Positions 26,425-35,409 of a DNA stretch of 64,000 nucleotides are shown here, piece after piece (within the stretch, counting starts at the first letter, position 1; every line of letters begins with the position of its first letter). A program made the translations under genes and the position numbers. The notes under the pieces were generated by a model. That model ran no database searches, was not told the origin of the DNA, and saw only the letters and a program-made list of their open reading frames with translations. This DNA is from an archaeon (GTDB lineage Archaea > Iainarchaeota > Iainarchaeia > Iainarchaeales > DTGL01), in NCBI GenBank assembly GCA_029258755.1, contig JAPDKC010000020.1:532-64531 (forward strand). The letters run 5' to 3'.

Positions 26425-26813
26425 GTAAGATGCACGTGCTTTTGCCTCTTCTCTCGGGAAGAGAAAGCAATGAAAGATTTTTAGAAAAAGCAACCAAAGG
26501 TGTTCGCAAGGTAACAGTCCTTATTGTTGTTGACACCTCGCTGCAGGAAACGTTTGGTGTTACCGCTAGCTCTCTAGCTCAAGCTCAACGGATTGCTTCT
26601 ACAATAAAAGCATATCTCAGTAAAAAGCGCAAATCATGCGAAATATTGCTTGAATGGGGCCCAACAGCAGAAACTATTGATAGGATAGCAAAGCTTAAAA
26701 GCGTGAATAAAATAGTGCTTGTCAAAGAGAAAAATGCATTCTTCAAGCAGATTGCCAAAAAACTTTCGAGGAGCTCTGCGTACAAATTAGAGCTTATTGA
26801 TGCTTCTATCTAA
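26421..26813 (+). CDS. Hypothetical protein (possible USP-like alpha/beta fold)
   Basis: Translationally coupled to the upstream gene (ATGA-type overlap). 'VTVLIVVDTS' looks like a beta-strand plus Asp motif. Only weak evidence. Confidence 0.35.
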   Translation: MSKMHVLLPLLSGRESNERFLEKATKGVRKVTVLIVVDTSLQETFGVTASSLAQAQRIASTIKAYLSKKRKSCEILLEWGPTAETIDRIAKLKSVNKIVLVKEKNAFFKQIAKKLSRSSAYKLELIDASI

Positions 26814-26868
26814 AACATTTGCATTCTTATACAAATGTTTTTAAACTTTATTGACTTAAATTTGCGTA

Positions 26869-27984
26869 GTGATGCAAATGTTAGAATTCGATGGTTTTGG
26901 ACCGGAGAAGGTTCTCATTGTGCATAACCCGAAAATAGGTTTGAGGGGTTTTGTTGTAATAGATAATACTGCTTTGGGTCCCGGGAAAGGTGGAATAAGA
27001 TTAACGAAGACAGTTACGCTTGAAGAGGTAGCTAAGCTTGCCAGAGCAATGACTTGGAAGAACGCATTAGCAGAGCTTCCGTTTGGCGGAGCAAAAGCGG
27101 GAATTGTTGCCGATACAGATATCCCTTCTAAGGAAAGAAAAGCAGAGCTTATCAGAGCGTTTGCTCAAGCCGTAAAACCACTTGTTCCTGAGTATTATGT
27201 TGCAGGGCCCGATATGAATGTTTCACAGGAAGAGATGCGTATATTTGCAGAAACTATAGGTGATAATAAAGCATGCACAGGAAAGCCAAAGGAGCTTGGT
27301 GGCTTGCCACATGAATTGGGAAGCACAGGCTTTGGAGTTTTTCACGCAACAAAAGTTGCAGCTGATTTTTTAGGATTGGATTTGAATGGTGCAAAAGTAG
27401 CGATAGAAGGCTTTGGAAATGTCGGGGGCTTCGCCGGAAAATTCCTCAGCGAAGCTGGCGCTAAACTTATAGGTGTCTCTGATATAAAAGGGCTCGTTTA
27501 CAACAAGAATGGACTTGATTATGAGAAGCTTATTGAAGCCAGGGATAAGAAGGGTTCAGTAATTGCTTACGATGGCGAAAAACAAATTTTGCCAAACCAC
27601 GATATAATAAAACTTGATGTAGATATTTTAGTTACCGCGGCAATTCCGAACTTAATTCAGGCACATGAGGTTAATCTAGTAAAAGCAAAGCTTATAGTTG
27701 AAGGAAGCAATATTCCAATGACGCAGGAAGTAGAGGAAATGCTCGCACAAAAAGGCACTCTTATAATACCAGACTTTGTAGCTAACGCGGGCGGCGTGAT
27801 TTCAAGCTATGTGGAGTATATTGGCGGTACTGAACAAGAGATGTTTAAACTTGTTGAGGAAAAAATAACCAGAAATACAAAGCTTGTGCTTGAGAAAGCC
27901 AAAGATACGCTGTATACAAGAGCAGCTGCATTAACGATAGCTCGTGAACGAGTTTTAGAAAAATGCGAATGGTGCAAGCCCTAG
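26869..27984 (+). CDS. Amino-acid dehydrogenase of the Glu/Leu/Phe/Val dehydrogenase family
   Basis: 'LGPGKGGIRL' and 'LPFGGAKAGI' catalytic glycine-rich motifs. Rossmann motif 'IEGFGNVGGFAGKFL'. Its 371 aa is closer to Leu/Phe/Val dehydrogenases than to GDH. Confidence 0.8.
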   Translation: MMQMLEFDGFGPEKVLIVHNPKIGLRGFVVIDNTALGPGKGGIRLTKTVTLEEVAKLARAMTWKNALAELPFGGAKAGIVADTDIPSKERKAELIRAFAQAVKPLVPEYYVAGPDMNVSQEEMRIFAETIGDNKACTGKPKELGGLPHELGSTGFGVFHATKVAADFLGLDLNGAKVAIEGFGNVGGFAGKFLSEAGAKLIGVSDIKGLVYNKNGLDYEKLIEARDKKGSVIAYDGEKQILPNHDIIKLDVDILVTAAIPNLIQAHEVNLVKAKLIVEGSNIPMTQEVEEMLAQKGTLIIPDFVANAGGVISSYVEYIGGTEQEMFKLVEEKITRNTKLVLEKAKDTLYTRAAALTIARERVLEKCEWCKP

Positions 27985-27995
27985 GCTAGCGCATA

Positions 27996-29072
27996 TTATT
28001 TTCCATAAACAATTCTTCTTGCAAGTTTCTCCTTCTTTTTTACTCTCTTCTGGTGCTTTTTTAGAAGCTTTATCAGAAATTCGGTCACGAATTGCTTTGT
28101 TTCACCGCACAAGCGCTTGCCTTTCTTGCATTCTTCCATTATACGCAGCACTTCTGCTGAGTCAGGATAATGAAAACGCAGTATTTCACAAACTTTACAT
28201 ATCTCCGGTTTCCCGCCAAGCTTTCTTTGCAAGCTTGCTGTTTCTCTGCCACCTGTAAAAGCATTGCTGACCTTTTGCCTTATCTGCTCTGGGCTATCAT
28301 CGAGAAAGATCGCGCTTGCAGGTTCTGAGCTGCTCATCTTGCTTCCTTTAAGCAAGCCAGATTGATGCCTGAAATAAATAAAAGAAGGCATTTCTAGCTC
28401 GTAAGGTAAGCGTTTTACAATGTCTCGGGTCAATCTAGCATGTGGATCTTGATCTAGACCTATGGGCGTTATGCTTGGCATCTTTCCTTCAAATTCAGGC
28501 AGTTGGGCATGCAAAATATCTGCATACTGAAGCAATGCTGCACTAATCTTGCCCAAATCTACATGTCCATATGTAGCTTCAAACATATTGCGGGTTATCT
28601 TCTTACTTATCTCAAAGGCAAACGCATAGTAGCGAGTTTTATAATTACTTTGCACATAAACATCCTTTTTACTCAAACCAAAAGCTAACACATGGGCAAG
28701 GTTATTTACCGCTATCTCCTTAGCTTGTTCCAATGTTTTTATCTGAGGCCGGCTTGTGTAACCTTCTATGTCCGCTATGCAAAAATAGCTTTTAGCTCCA
28801 AAGGATTTGAAAAGCAAAAACATATCTATTACTACCTTATGGCCCAGGTGCAAGTTGCCACTAGAGGCTATGCCTGTCATATTTATGAAAGGTCTTCCTT
28901 CCTTTATGCATCGCATTACTTTTTCGAAATCCCTGTGTGCTATAACCATTCTTTCAACTAGGTAATGATTGAGCTCTTTTTTCCACTTCTCTGGAAAAGG
29001 CTTCAGACCAAATTCTGCAAAAGCTCTTTCATATTTTATCTCTTTCGAGGACCAAGGGTTTATTGCCTGCAT
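27996..29072 (-). CDS. trpS: Tryptophanyl-tRNA synthetase (archaeal/eukaryotic type)
   Basis: HIGH-like motif 'SGNLHLGH', 'KMSSS' and the TrpRS-type 'GLDQDPHARLTRD'. Carries a basic C-terminal tail. Confidence 0.8.
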   Translation of the reverse strand: MQAINPWSSKEIKYERAFAEFGLKPFPEKWKKELNHYLVERMVIAHRDFEKVMRCIKEGRPFINMTGIASSGNLHLGHKVVIDMFLLFKSFGAKSYFCIADIEGYTSRPQIKTLEQAKEIAVNNLAHVLAFGLSKKDVYVQSNYKTRYYAFAFEISKKITRNMFEATYGHVDLGKISAALLQYADILHAQLPEFEGKMPSITPIGLDQDPHARLTRDIVKRLPYELEMPSFIYFRHQSGLLKGSKMSSSEPASAIFLDDSPEQIRQKVSNAFTGGRETASLQRKLGGKPEICKVCEILRFHYPDSAEVLRIMEECKKGKRLCGETKQFVTEFLIKLLKKHQKRVKKKEKLARRIVYGK

Positions 29073-29128
29073 AATATCACTTTTAATATAATTTTTGCCA
29101 CTTATTTTAATTTAAAATTACCTTTTAG

Positions 29129-29665
29129 GTGTTTTCTATGGCAAAGCTGACCGAAAGATATTCTCAACTTATAGGTGACAAAGTGATTGTAAGCAATCGC
29201 AGGCTTCGCGATCAGCTGAGCCAGAAAGGTTTTGGCGAACGCATAGAAAAAACACTGGTTTTAGATCTTAAAGAAGCGCTTTTCCTTCTCGAAAAAGGGA
29301 AGATAGAAATAAAAAAAGGAAGGAAAAAGCTGACCGCAAAAGAACTTTTAGCGCTCGCAGAAGCAAGCGATAAAAAGTTTTATTTAAAATACTTAGTATT
29401 CAAAGATTTGCGTGAAAAGGGCTATGTAGTTAAAACAGGTTATAAATTTGGTTTTGATCTGCGTGTCTATCCAAAAGGAAAAAAGCCTGGCGAAGCACAT
29501 ACGCAGTGGGTAATAAATGTATGTTCGCAAGATGAAACTTTTTCGATGCCTGAGATAAGCAGAATGGTTCGCTTAAGCGGCAATATAAACACTATTCTTG
29601 TGCAAGCGGTTGTCGATGGAGAAAATGGCATCAATTATTATGAAATAAAGCGCCTGGTTCCTTAA
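29129..29665 (+). CDS. endA: tRNA-splicing endonuclease EndA
   Basis: Catalytic-domain motif 'GYKFGFDLRVYPKGKKPGEAHTQWVINV'. Confidence 0.8.
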   Translation: MFSMAKLTERYSQLIGDKVIVSNRRLRDQLSQKGFGERIEKTLVLDLKEALFLLEKGKIEIKKGRKKLTAKELLALAEASDKKFYLKYLVFKDLREKGYVVKTGYKFGFDLRVYPKGKKPGEAHTQWVINVCSQDETFSMPEISRMVRLSGNINTILVQAVVDGENGINYYEIKRLVP

Positions 29666-29718
29666 CAAACTGGAAAAGAAAAAGAAAAAGGGAAAGAACA
29701 CTGCTTTTAATGTAAACT

Positions 29719-29892
29719 TTATAGGTCGAAACCTCTAAGCGTTTTTCTGCCGTTTGCTGTAGCCCTCTCAATCGCTTTATCGAGCTTCCACTTTACTACC
29801 TTATTGAGCGCCTCGAAGAAGTCGCCAGAAACTCTAATATCCTTCTTCTTGATGTATTCCTTTACCTTGGATTTAACCACCAAATCCTCCAT
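29719..29892 (-). CDS. Small histone-fold-like protein of the DUF1931 type (57 aa)
   Basis: Not in the ORF track (below 60 aa). Minus-strand translation: 'MEDLVVKSKVKEYIKKKDIRVSGDFFEALNKVVKWKLDKAIERATANGRKTLRGFDL*'. The pattern 'vKeyik...rvs.d..eaLn.kv...l..Aiera.anGRKT.r..D' matches DUF1931 as I recall it. Confidence 0.45.
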   Translation of the reverse strand: MEDLVVKSKVKEYIKKKDIRVSGDFFEALNKVVKWKLDKAIERATANGRKTLRGFDL

Positions 29893-30017
29893 CCAGCTAC
29901 CTCCTTTGCCTTTTTAACGGGTTTTCTGCTTAAAAAAATGAGGCAAACTTATTTAAAACAATGCCTAAGAAATAGCATTTTTTGCCCAAAATTTGCGCTT
30001 TTTAGGCATATTTTAGG

Positions 30018-30449
30018 TTATTTGATCCCTGCTTTTTTCTTGGTGTAATGCTCTATTGCCTTAAGCAATGCGTTTCTGAGCTCTTCATCTCTTTTTTCCT
30101 CGGCATTTTTTATTAGGACCAAAAAACTTTTTGGAACCTTGCTTTCAAGCCATTTTGAAAAGTCATGGTGCTCTGCATGGTGGTTGAGAGATTCTAAAGG
30201 AACTCTTTGTAAAGCGCTTGCAAATTCTGCAATGCTCGAAGCTTTTTCGTTGCAGTACCAAAAGTAAAAGGTTGGAAGCGGCTTTGTTAGTAGCTTTTCG
30301 GTCCTTTCAATCCTTCGCAATTCTTTTTTTAGTTCTTTAATTTTTTGTTCTTCTTTACTTAACGCTCCTATGGCTTTCTTTAATTCCTTCTTCCTCCTTT
30401 CTAAATCAGCTTTCTTTATAAAAGGAAGTATAAGATTTTCAATGACCAT
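30018..30449 (-). CDS. Hypothetical protein (N-terminal coiled coil)
   Basis: Intact 143-aa ORF. No recognised motifs. Confidence 0.4.
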   Translation of the reverse strand: MVIENLILPFIKKADLERRKKELKKAIGALSKEEQKIKELKKELRRIERTEKLLTKPLPTFYFWYCNEKASSIAEFASALQRVPLESLNHHAEHHDFSKWLESKVPKSFLVLIKNAEEKRDEELRNALLKAIEHYTKKKAGIK

Positions 30450-30484
30450 CTATAATCACCAAGCATACATATAATACTTCTTTT

Positions 30485-31234
30485 CTATTTAAATTTTTCT
30501 TGTTGTAATAACTTGGGTATAATCTCTTCCAACCACTTTGCAAATTCTGTTTTGCTGATCTTTTCTACGCTGCTTAAAGAATCTTCCAAGCCAGGGTCAA
30601 ATTTAATCGCACCCAAATATCTTATGCCTAAATCTTTAGCATTTCTTTTTATAAAATCGGAATCTTTTTGCTTCATGTTTTCGATAATTCCTATAACCGG
30701 AATGCTTTGTTGCTTTAACATCTTTATCATTCTTTCCACACTTTCCCAAGCAAGCTTCGATTGCGTACTTACAAGTAAGAATTCTAATCTTTTTATCGCT
30801 CTTATTATTTCAAGCGTTGCATCTCCAATGCCTGGGGGCATATCAATAATGAGAAAATCAAGCTCTTTCCAAATTGTTATAGCAAGCAATTCTATTATTG
30901 CGTTTGAAACATCAATGCCGCGCAAAGGTGCTGGCTTATCCTCAATAAAGTATATAATCGACATAAATTTTATTCCGTAAATTGTAGGAGGCAAAAGCCC
31001 TTTTTCTTCTTGGGGAAAAGCAGGCTTTATGCCAAGTATCATGTGATCTGAAGGGCTGAAAAAATCCAAATCCAATAAGCCGACTTTGTAGCCCCTCTCC
31101 GCCAACTTTAAAGCAAGCGAGCAAGAGATAACGCTTTTTCCCACGCCCCCTTTGCATGCAGAAACAGCAATAATTCTTTTGACACCTTTTAACCTATCTT
31201 CTATAACACTAAACCTTGCATCTATGCCTAACAT
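30485..31234 (-). CDS. Mrp/MinD-family P-loop ATPase, probably the ATPase-type HypB (Ni-insertion partner of HypA)
   Basis: Deviant Walker A 'AVSACKGGVGKS'. Length 249 aa. Its start abuts the hypA stop at 31234. In Thermococcales an Mrp/MinD ATPase replaces the GTPase HypB. Confidence 0.65.
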   Translation of the reverse strand: MLGIDARFSVIEDRLKGVKRIIAVSACKGGVGKSVISCSLALKLAERGYKVGLLDLDFFSPSDHMILGIKPAFPQEEKGLLPPTIYGIKFMSIIYFIEDKPAPLRGIDVSNAIIELLAITIWKELDFLIIDMPPGIGDATLEIIRAIKRLEFLLVSTQSKLAWESVERMIKMLKQQSIPVIGIIENMKQKDSDFIKRNAKDLGIRYLGAIKFDPGLEDSLSSVEKISKTEFAKWLEEIIPKLLQQEKFK

Positions 31235-31638
31235 TAAATCTCCTCTACAGAAGCTATGGAAAGGCCTCGGCCTTTTTTAATCTCAAAGTCAACGCTTTTA
31301 CAATTTGGACATTGCATATAGCTATGTGCTATATCTGGAATAAAATGTATAAATTCCGCTTGCTTTTCGCTTAGCCTTTTTTTTGTTTCGCTAAGATTCC
31401 ATTCGAAGCCGCAAGTCCGGCATTTTAATTTGGCCTTTTCCTCCTTTATTTCATAGGTTATATGCCAATCTTTAAGCTCTTTTGTTATTTCTTCAAGCGC
31501 ATGTGTGAATATTTCTTTATCTATTTGCTGTAGTTCGCCAAGAAGCACGCTTACCTTTATCCGCTTTTTAAAACCATTCTTGTTTGCAAAATCTGTTGCT
31601 GCTTTTACTACTGCTTGTGCTAAAGACCACTCGTGCAT
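31234..31638 (-). CDS. hypA: Hydrogenase nickel-incorporation protein HypA
   Basis: N-terminal 'MHEWSLAQAVV' and zinc site 'CRTCGFEW...CPNCKS'. Confidence 0.8.
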   Translation of the reverse strand: MHEWSLAQAVVKAATDFANKNGFKKRIKVSVLLGELQQIDKEIFTHALEEITKELKDWHITYEIKEEKAKLKCRTCGFEWNLSETKKRLSEKQAEFIHFIPDIAHSYMQCPNCKSVDFEIKKGRGLSIASVEEI

Positions 31639-31721
31639 ATAAAATCACAAAAATAATAAAACCAAACATTTTTAATTTTGGTCAATAATGTATTATTATT
31701 TCGCTTTTTAGAGGTGAAAAT

Positions 31722-33320
31722 ATGCCAAATAAAAAGACGATTAAAGAATTTTTAAAACCAGATTGGAAAAAGATTGTTCTGAGCTTTTTGCTGCTTTTAG
31801 CTTGTTTTTTGTTTTTCGTTTCAGTAACTGCTTTGCCCATGCCAGTCTCCATGATTCCTGTTATTACAGGCTTGTTCTTGGCACTCCTTTTGCCCTTTGC
31901 CGTGGTTTATAATCTGTTGTCTTTTGGTATTCCGGATATTGTTGCATTAATTATAGCTTTTAGTTTGCATGTTTTCTATTTTTATGTCGTTTCCTGCTTT
32001 TTAGTGTGCTTATTGGCACGCCTAAAGAATTTGATAGTGTCCATAAAATGGAGTAAATGGGATGCAAAAACACTTGGTGTTCTGGCGAGTATAGCAGTGA
32101 TTGGAATCGCTGTTTATGGCTTTCTAAATCTTGGTTGGACCGACATATTTATTCCGACTGCTGATGACAGCGGAGCAACGCCAGAAGGGATTACAGAGGT
32201 GGTTAAGGCAAATAACCAGTTTGCTATCAAGCTTTACTCGGAAATAAGCAAAGATTCTAATGGAAACATATTTTTCTCTCCTTGGAGTGTATCAACTGCA
32301 ATGGCAATGGTGTATGAAGGTGCTCGGGGCCGGACGGCAGATGAAATAAGATCCGTTTTTCAGTTTCCTGAAGATAATGACAGAAGAAGGTTTTCCTTTG
32401 CGAGACTACTGAATACAGTGAACAAGACTAGCGGAAGATACGAATTTCATGTTGCGAATGCAATATGGTTGCAGAAGGAATATCCTTTTTTAGAGGAATA
32501 CAAAAATATAATATGGAGATATTATTTAGGTGAAATCAGGAATGTAGATTTTGTAAATGATGCTGCCAGCTCAAGTAATGAGATAAATAACTGGGTTGCA
32601 GACCATACAAATAACAAAATAAGAGAAATTGTGCGTCCAGAGATGTTCAACGAACTTACCCGTGCTGTGCTTACGAATGCGATATATTTCAAAGGAAAAT
32701 GGAAATACCAGTTTGATAAGCAACACACAAAACCGGAGGATTTTATCCTTGGTTCTGGAGAAAAGGTTAAGGTTCCAATGATGCAGCTTATGGATTCAGA
32801 TTTGGAATTCAATTATGCGGAAATGGATGGTGTGCAGATACTTGAAATAAAATATCAGGGTGACAAAATATCAATGCTGGTTCTCCTGCCAAGAACTAAC
32901 ATACACTACTTAGAATCAATACTGACTGAAGAAAGGCTTCAGAAGTGGCGAAACAGCCTTAAACCCGAAATAGTTTACATATACATGCCCAAATATAAAT
33001 TTGAAACCTCTTACTCATTAACAGACTATTTAAAAGATATGGGAATGCATTCACCTTTTGAATGGCCTGGTGCAGATTTCTCTGGAATTGATGGAACAAA
33101 GACGCTTTACATTAGCGATATCTTGCATAAAGCATACGTAGATGTCTGTGAGGAAGGCACAGAGGCAGCAGCGGCAACTACCATTCTTGTTACGAAAGGA
33201 GCAGCACCCAAGCACCCAGTAGTATTTAGAGCAGACCGTCCGTTTATATTCATAATACAGGAAAGCAAAACGGGAAACATTCTTTTCATTGGCAGGGTAA
33301 TGCAGCCTGTAGGTTATTGA
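31722..33320 (+). CDS. Serpin (serine protease inhibitor) with an N-terminal multi-TM membrane anchor
   Basis: About 140 aa with 3-4 hydrophobic helices, then a serpin core 'NIFFSPWSVSTAMAMVYEGARGRT', hinge/RCL 'EEGTEAAAATTILV' and C-terminal 'FRADRPFIFIIQESKTGNILFIGRV'. Confidence 0.8.
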   Translation: MPNKKTIKEFLKPDWKKIVLSFLLLLACFLFFVSVTALPMPVSMIPVITGLFLALLLPFAVVYNLLSFGIPDIVALIIAFSLHVFYFYVVSCFLVCLLARLKNLIVSIKWSKWDAKTLGVLASIAVIGIAVYGFLNLGWTDIFIPTADDSGATPEGITEVVKANNQFAIKLYSEISKDSNGNIFFSPWSVSTAMAMVYEGARGRTADEIRSVFQFPEDNDRRRFSFARLLNTVNKTSGRYEFHVANAIWLQKEYPFLEEYKNIIWRYYLGEIRNVDFVNDAASSSNEINNWVADHTNNKIREIVRPEMFNELTRAVLTNAIYFKGKWKYQFDKQHTKPEDFILGSGEKVKVPMMQLMDSDLEFNYAEMDGVQILEIKYQGDKISMLVLLPRTNIHYLESILTEERLQKWRNSLKPEIVYIYMPKYKFETSYSLTDYLKDMGMHSPFEWPGADFSGIDGTKTLYISDILHKAYVDVCEEGTEAAAATTILVTKGAAPKHPVVFRADRPFIFIIQESKTGNILFIGRVMQPVGY

Positions 33321-33563
33321 GTAGTGTTGTGCCAGCAACGTTTACAAAAAACTTTTAATAGTTCTTCCCACTACATACATATAATTCTGAGAAGTAAGAA
33401 AATGCTAAAGAGAAACCTTATTAGAAGCAAACCAAGCGATGAAAAAAGCAGCCTGTTGTTAAAGATGGACTTTCCAAAGAAGTAAAATTATTGGGCTTAA
33501 ATGGTTTCGGACAAGCAATGCTTTCTACAAGCTTCAAGCACAAAAATAGGTCTGTGATCAAAA

Positions 33564-34001
33564 TTGAAAATGCTTCTTGGAATTGGTAACGAACTTCTTG
33601 CTGATGATAGCATCGGCTGCTACATAGCTGAGAAGTTTAAGGATGAAAATTGGTTTGTGCAAAACTGTGGCACAGTGCCAGAGAACTACCTTGGGCTAGT
33701 TATCAGAGTAAGACCAGAGCTGCTTGTTATAGTGGACGCAGCACATATGAATCTTAAACCAGGTGAAATAAGAAGGTTAAGGAAGGAGCAAGCATGTTCT
33801 GCTTTTATAAGCACGCACAGCTTGCCCTTAAAGGAATTCATAACCATCGCAAGCAAGTATGCTAAGCAGGTTGTTTTGATAGGAATACAACCAAAAAATA
33901 TTTCTTTTGCTCAGCCTATGAGTGCTGAAGCAAAACAAGCAGCAAGGAAACTTATGAATGTATTGAAGCTTAATAAGTTGGAAGAAATAGAAAGGCTTTA
34001 G
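33564..34001 (+). CDS. [NiFe] hydrogenase maturation endopeptidase (HycI/HybD family)
   Basis: 'MLLGIGNELLADDSIGCYIAEKF' is the canonical N-terminus. Length 145 aa. Confidence 0.8.
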   Translation: MKMLLGIGNELLADDSIGCYIAEKFKDENWFVQNCGTVPENYLGLVIRVRPELLVIVDAAHMNLKPGEIRRLRKEQACSAFISTHSLPLKEFITIASKYAKQVVLIGIQPKNISFAQPMSAEAKQAARKLMNVLKLNKLEEIERL

Positions 34002-34409
34002 CTATTGCTTCTTTTCAGGTATCAAGAAGCCAGCATCTTTATTATAATCTGCTAGCAGAAACTCATCGCTTTGTTCAAGTGCCTTTACAGGGCATATATC
34101 GACACATTGACCGCAAAAAGTGCATCTGCTTACATAATGCTTAATTCGATTGTTTTTTTCATCAAACTCTAACGCTTTAGCTGGACATACGCGAATGCAT
34201 TGCTTGCACCTTATGCATTTATCCTCGTGATAAATTAAGCGTCCTCTAAACCTTGGCGGTGTTTTTATGGGCTTATTTATTTTTGCTTTTCCTTTTTCCA
34301 CTTCTTCCATTAAATGTGTAAAACTTTTTGGCACATGTTTACATGGAAAAGGATTTGTGGAAGGTTTTTTGAAAAGCTGCTTTACTAATTGTTTCACAAA
34401 GGATAACAT
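34002..34409 (-). CDS. mbhN: Membrane-bound hydrogenase subunit N (2x[4Fe-4S] ferredoxin, NuoI-like)
   Basis: Two 'CxxCxxCxxxCP' motifs ('CIRCKQCIRVCP', 'CTFCGQCVDICP'). Last gene of the colinear cluster. Confidence 0.8.
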   Translation of the reverse strand: MLSFVKQLVKQLFKKPSTNPFPCKHVPKSFTHLMEEVEKGKAKINKPIKTPPRFRGRLIYHEDKCIRCKQCIRVCPAKALEFDEKNNRIKHYVSRCTFCGQCVDICPVKALEQSDEFLLADYNKDAGFLIPEKKQ

Positions 34410-34410
34410 G

Positions 34411-35409
34411 CTACATCACCAAGAGCCTATCCAAACCTATAAAAGCTAAACCAAAAAGGGCTAGCAAAAACACATAGTAGATGTAAATCCTTGCAGCTTG
34501 ATCAACCTTTAAGCGAGCAGTAGCAGCGCTTACCAATATCAAGCTAGCAAACATAATAGCAAATGTTTTAACAAGGAAGAAAATAAAATCGGCAATTAAA
34601 GCAAAAATGCTTGGTAACGCTAAAAATGCGCTTATGTTCCATGGGAAGAAAAGAGCTACTATTAAGCTTGCAAATGCAAGTGCTTGCACAGCTTGTGCCA
34701 TAAGAAGCAGAGCCAAATTTCTGCCGCTATACTCTACAAGCACACCTTCAGCTATTTCTGTTTTAGCTTCGCTTATGTCTGCAGGAAGCTTAGCGACCTT
34801 TGCTGGGAATACTGCCAAAGCACTGACTAAAAGAAGAGCAACGCCAAGCTTGCCAATCCCATCAACAAGATTCCAAATAGGATATGCTGTTAAGGTATCA
34901 AATGAGAATGCATATGCACCCGCATGACTAAAAGAAAGGAGCCAAGCAAAAGCGATTACAACAACAGAAAGCACAAATTCATAGCTCATCATGAGCACTA
35001 TTTCGCGTTGAGCGCCTATGCTTGCATAGGGAGATGCAGAAGCAAAAGCGCCGATAGCTAGAGCTAAAGGTGGTATAATAAACAAATAAAGCACTAGGAT
35101 TAGATCACCATGTGCTTGCAAAAGAGGGGGCATGCCCGCAAATGGCATATAAAGAAACAAAAGAAGAGCGCTAGCTAGAGCAACAAGGGGCATAGCGTTA
35201 AAAAGCCATTTTATGGAGTTTGCTGGCACTATATTTTCTTTTATAAATAGCTTTTTTATGTCAAGAAAAGGCTGGATTATTGGCGGTCCTATGCGCGCTT
35301 GCATCCTTGCAATTAGCTTTCTTTCCAAACCGTTAAATAGTAATGAAAGTAAGAGAGCTAGTGTTATTATGAAAATGGAATGCGCTGCTACATGCAGGAT
35401 GTTAAACAT
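34411..35409 (-). CDS. mbhM: Membrane-bound hydrogenase subunit M (NuoH/complex I subunit 1-like)
   Basis: Polytopic 332-aa protein in the NuoH-equivalent position, between the large subunit and the ferredoxin subunit. Confidence 0.7.
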   Translation of the reverse strand: MFNILHVAAHSIFIITLALLLSLLFNGLERKLIARMQARIGPPIIQPFLDIKKLFIKENIVPANSIKWLFNAMPLVALASALLLFLYMPFAGMPPLLQAHGDLILVLYLFIIPPLALAIGAFASASPYASIGAQREIVLMMSYEFVLSVVVIAFAWLLSFSHAGAYAFSFDTLTAYPIWNLVDGIGKLGVALLLVSALAVFPAKVAKLPADISEAKTEIAEGVLVEYSGRNLALLLMAQAVQALAFASLIVALFFPWNISAFLALPSIFALIADFIFFLVKTFAIMFASLILVSAATARLKVDQAARIYIYYVFLLALFGLAFIGLDRLLVM

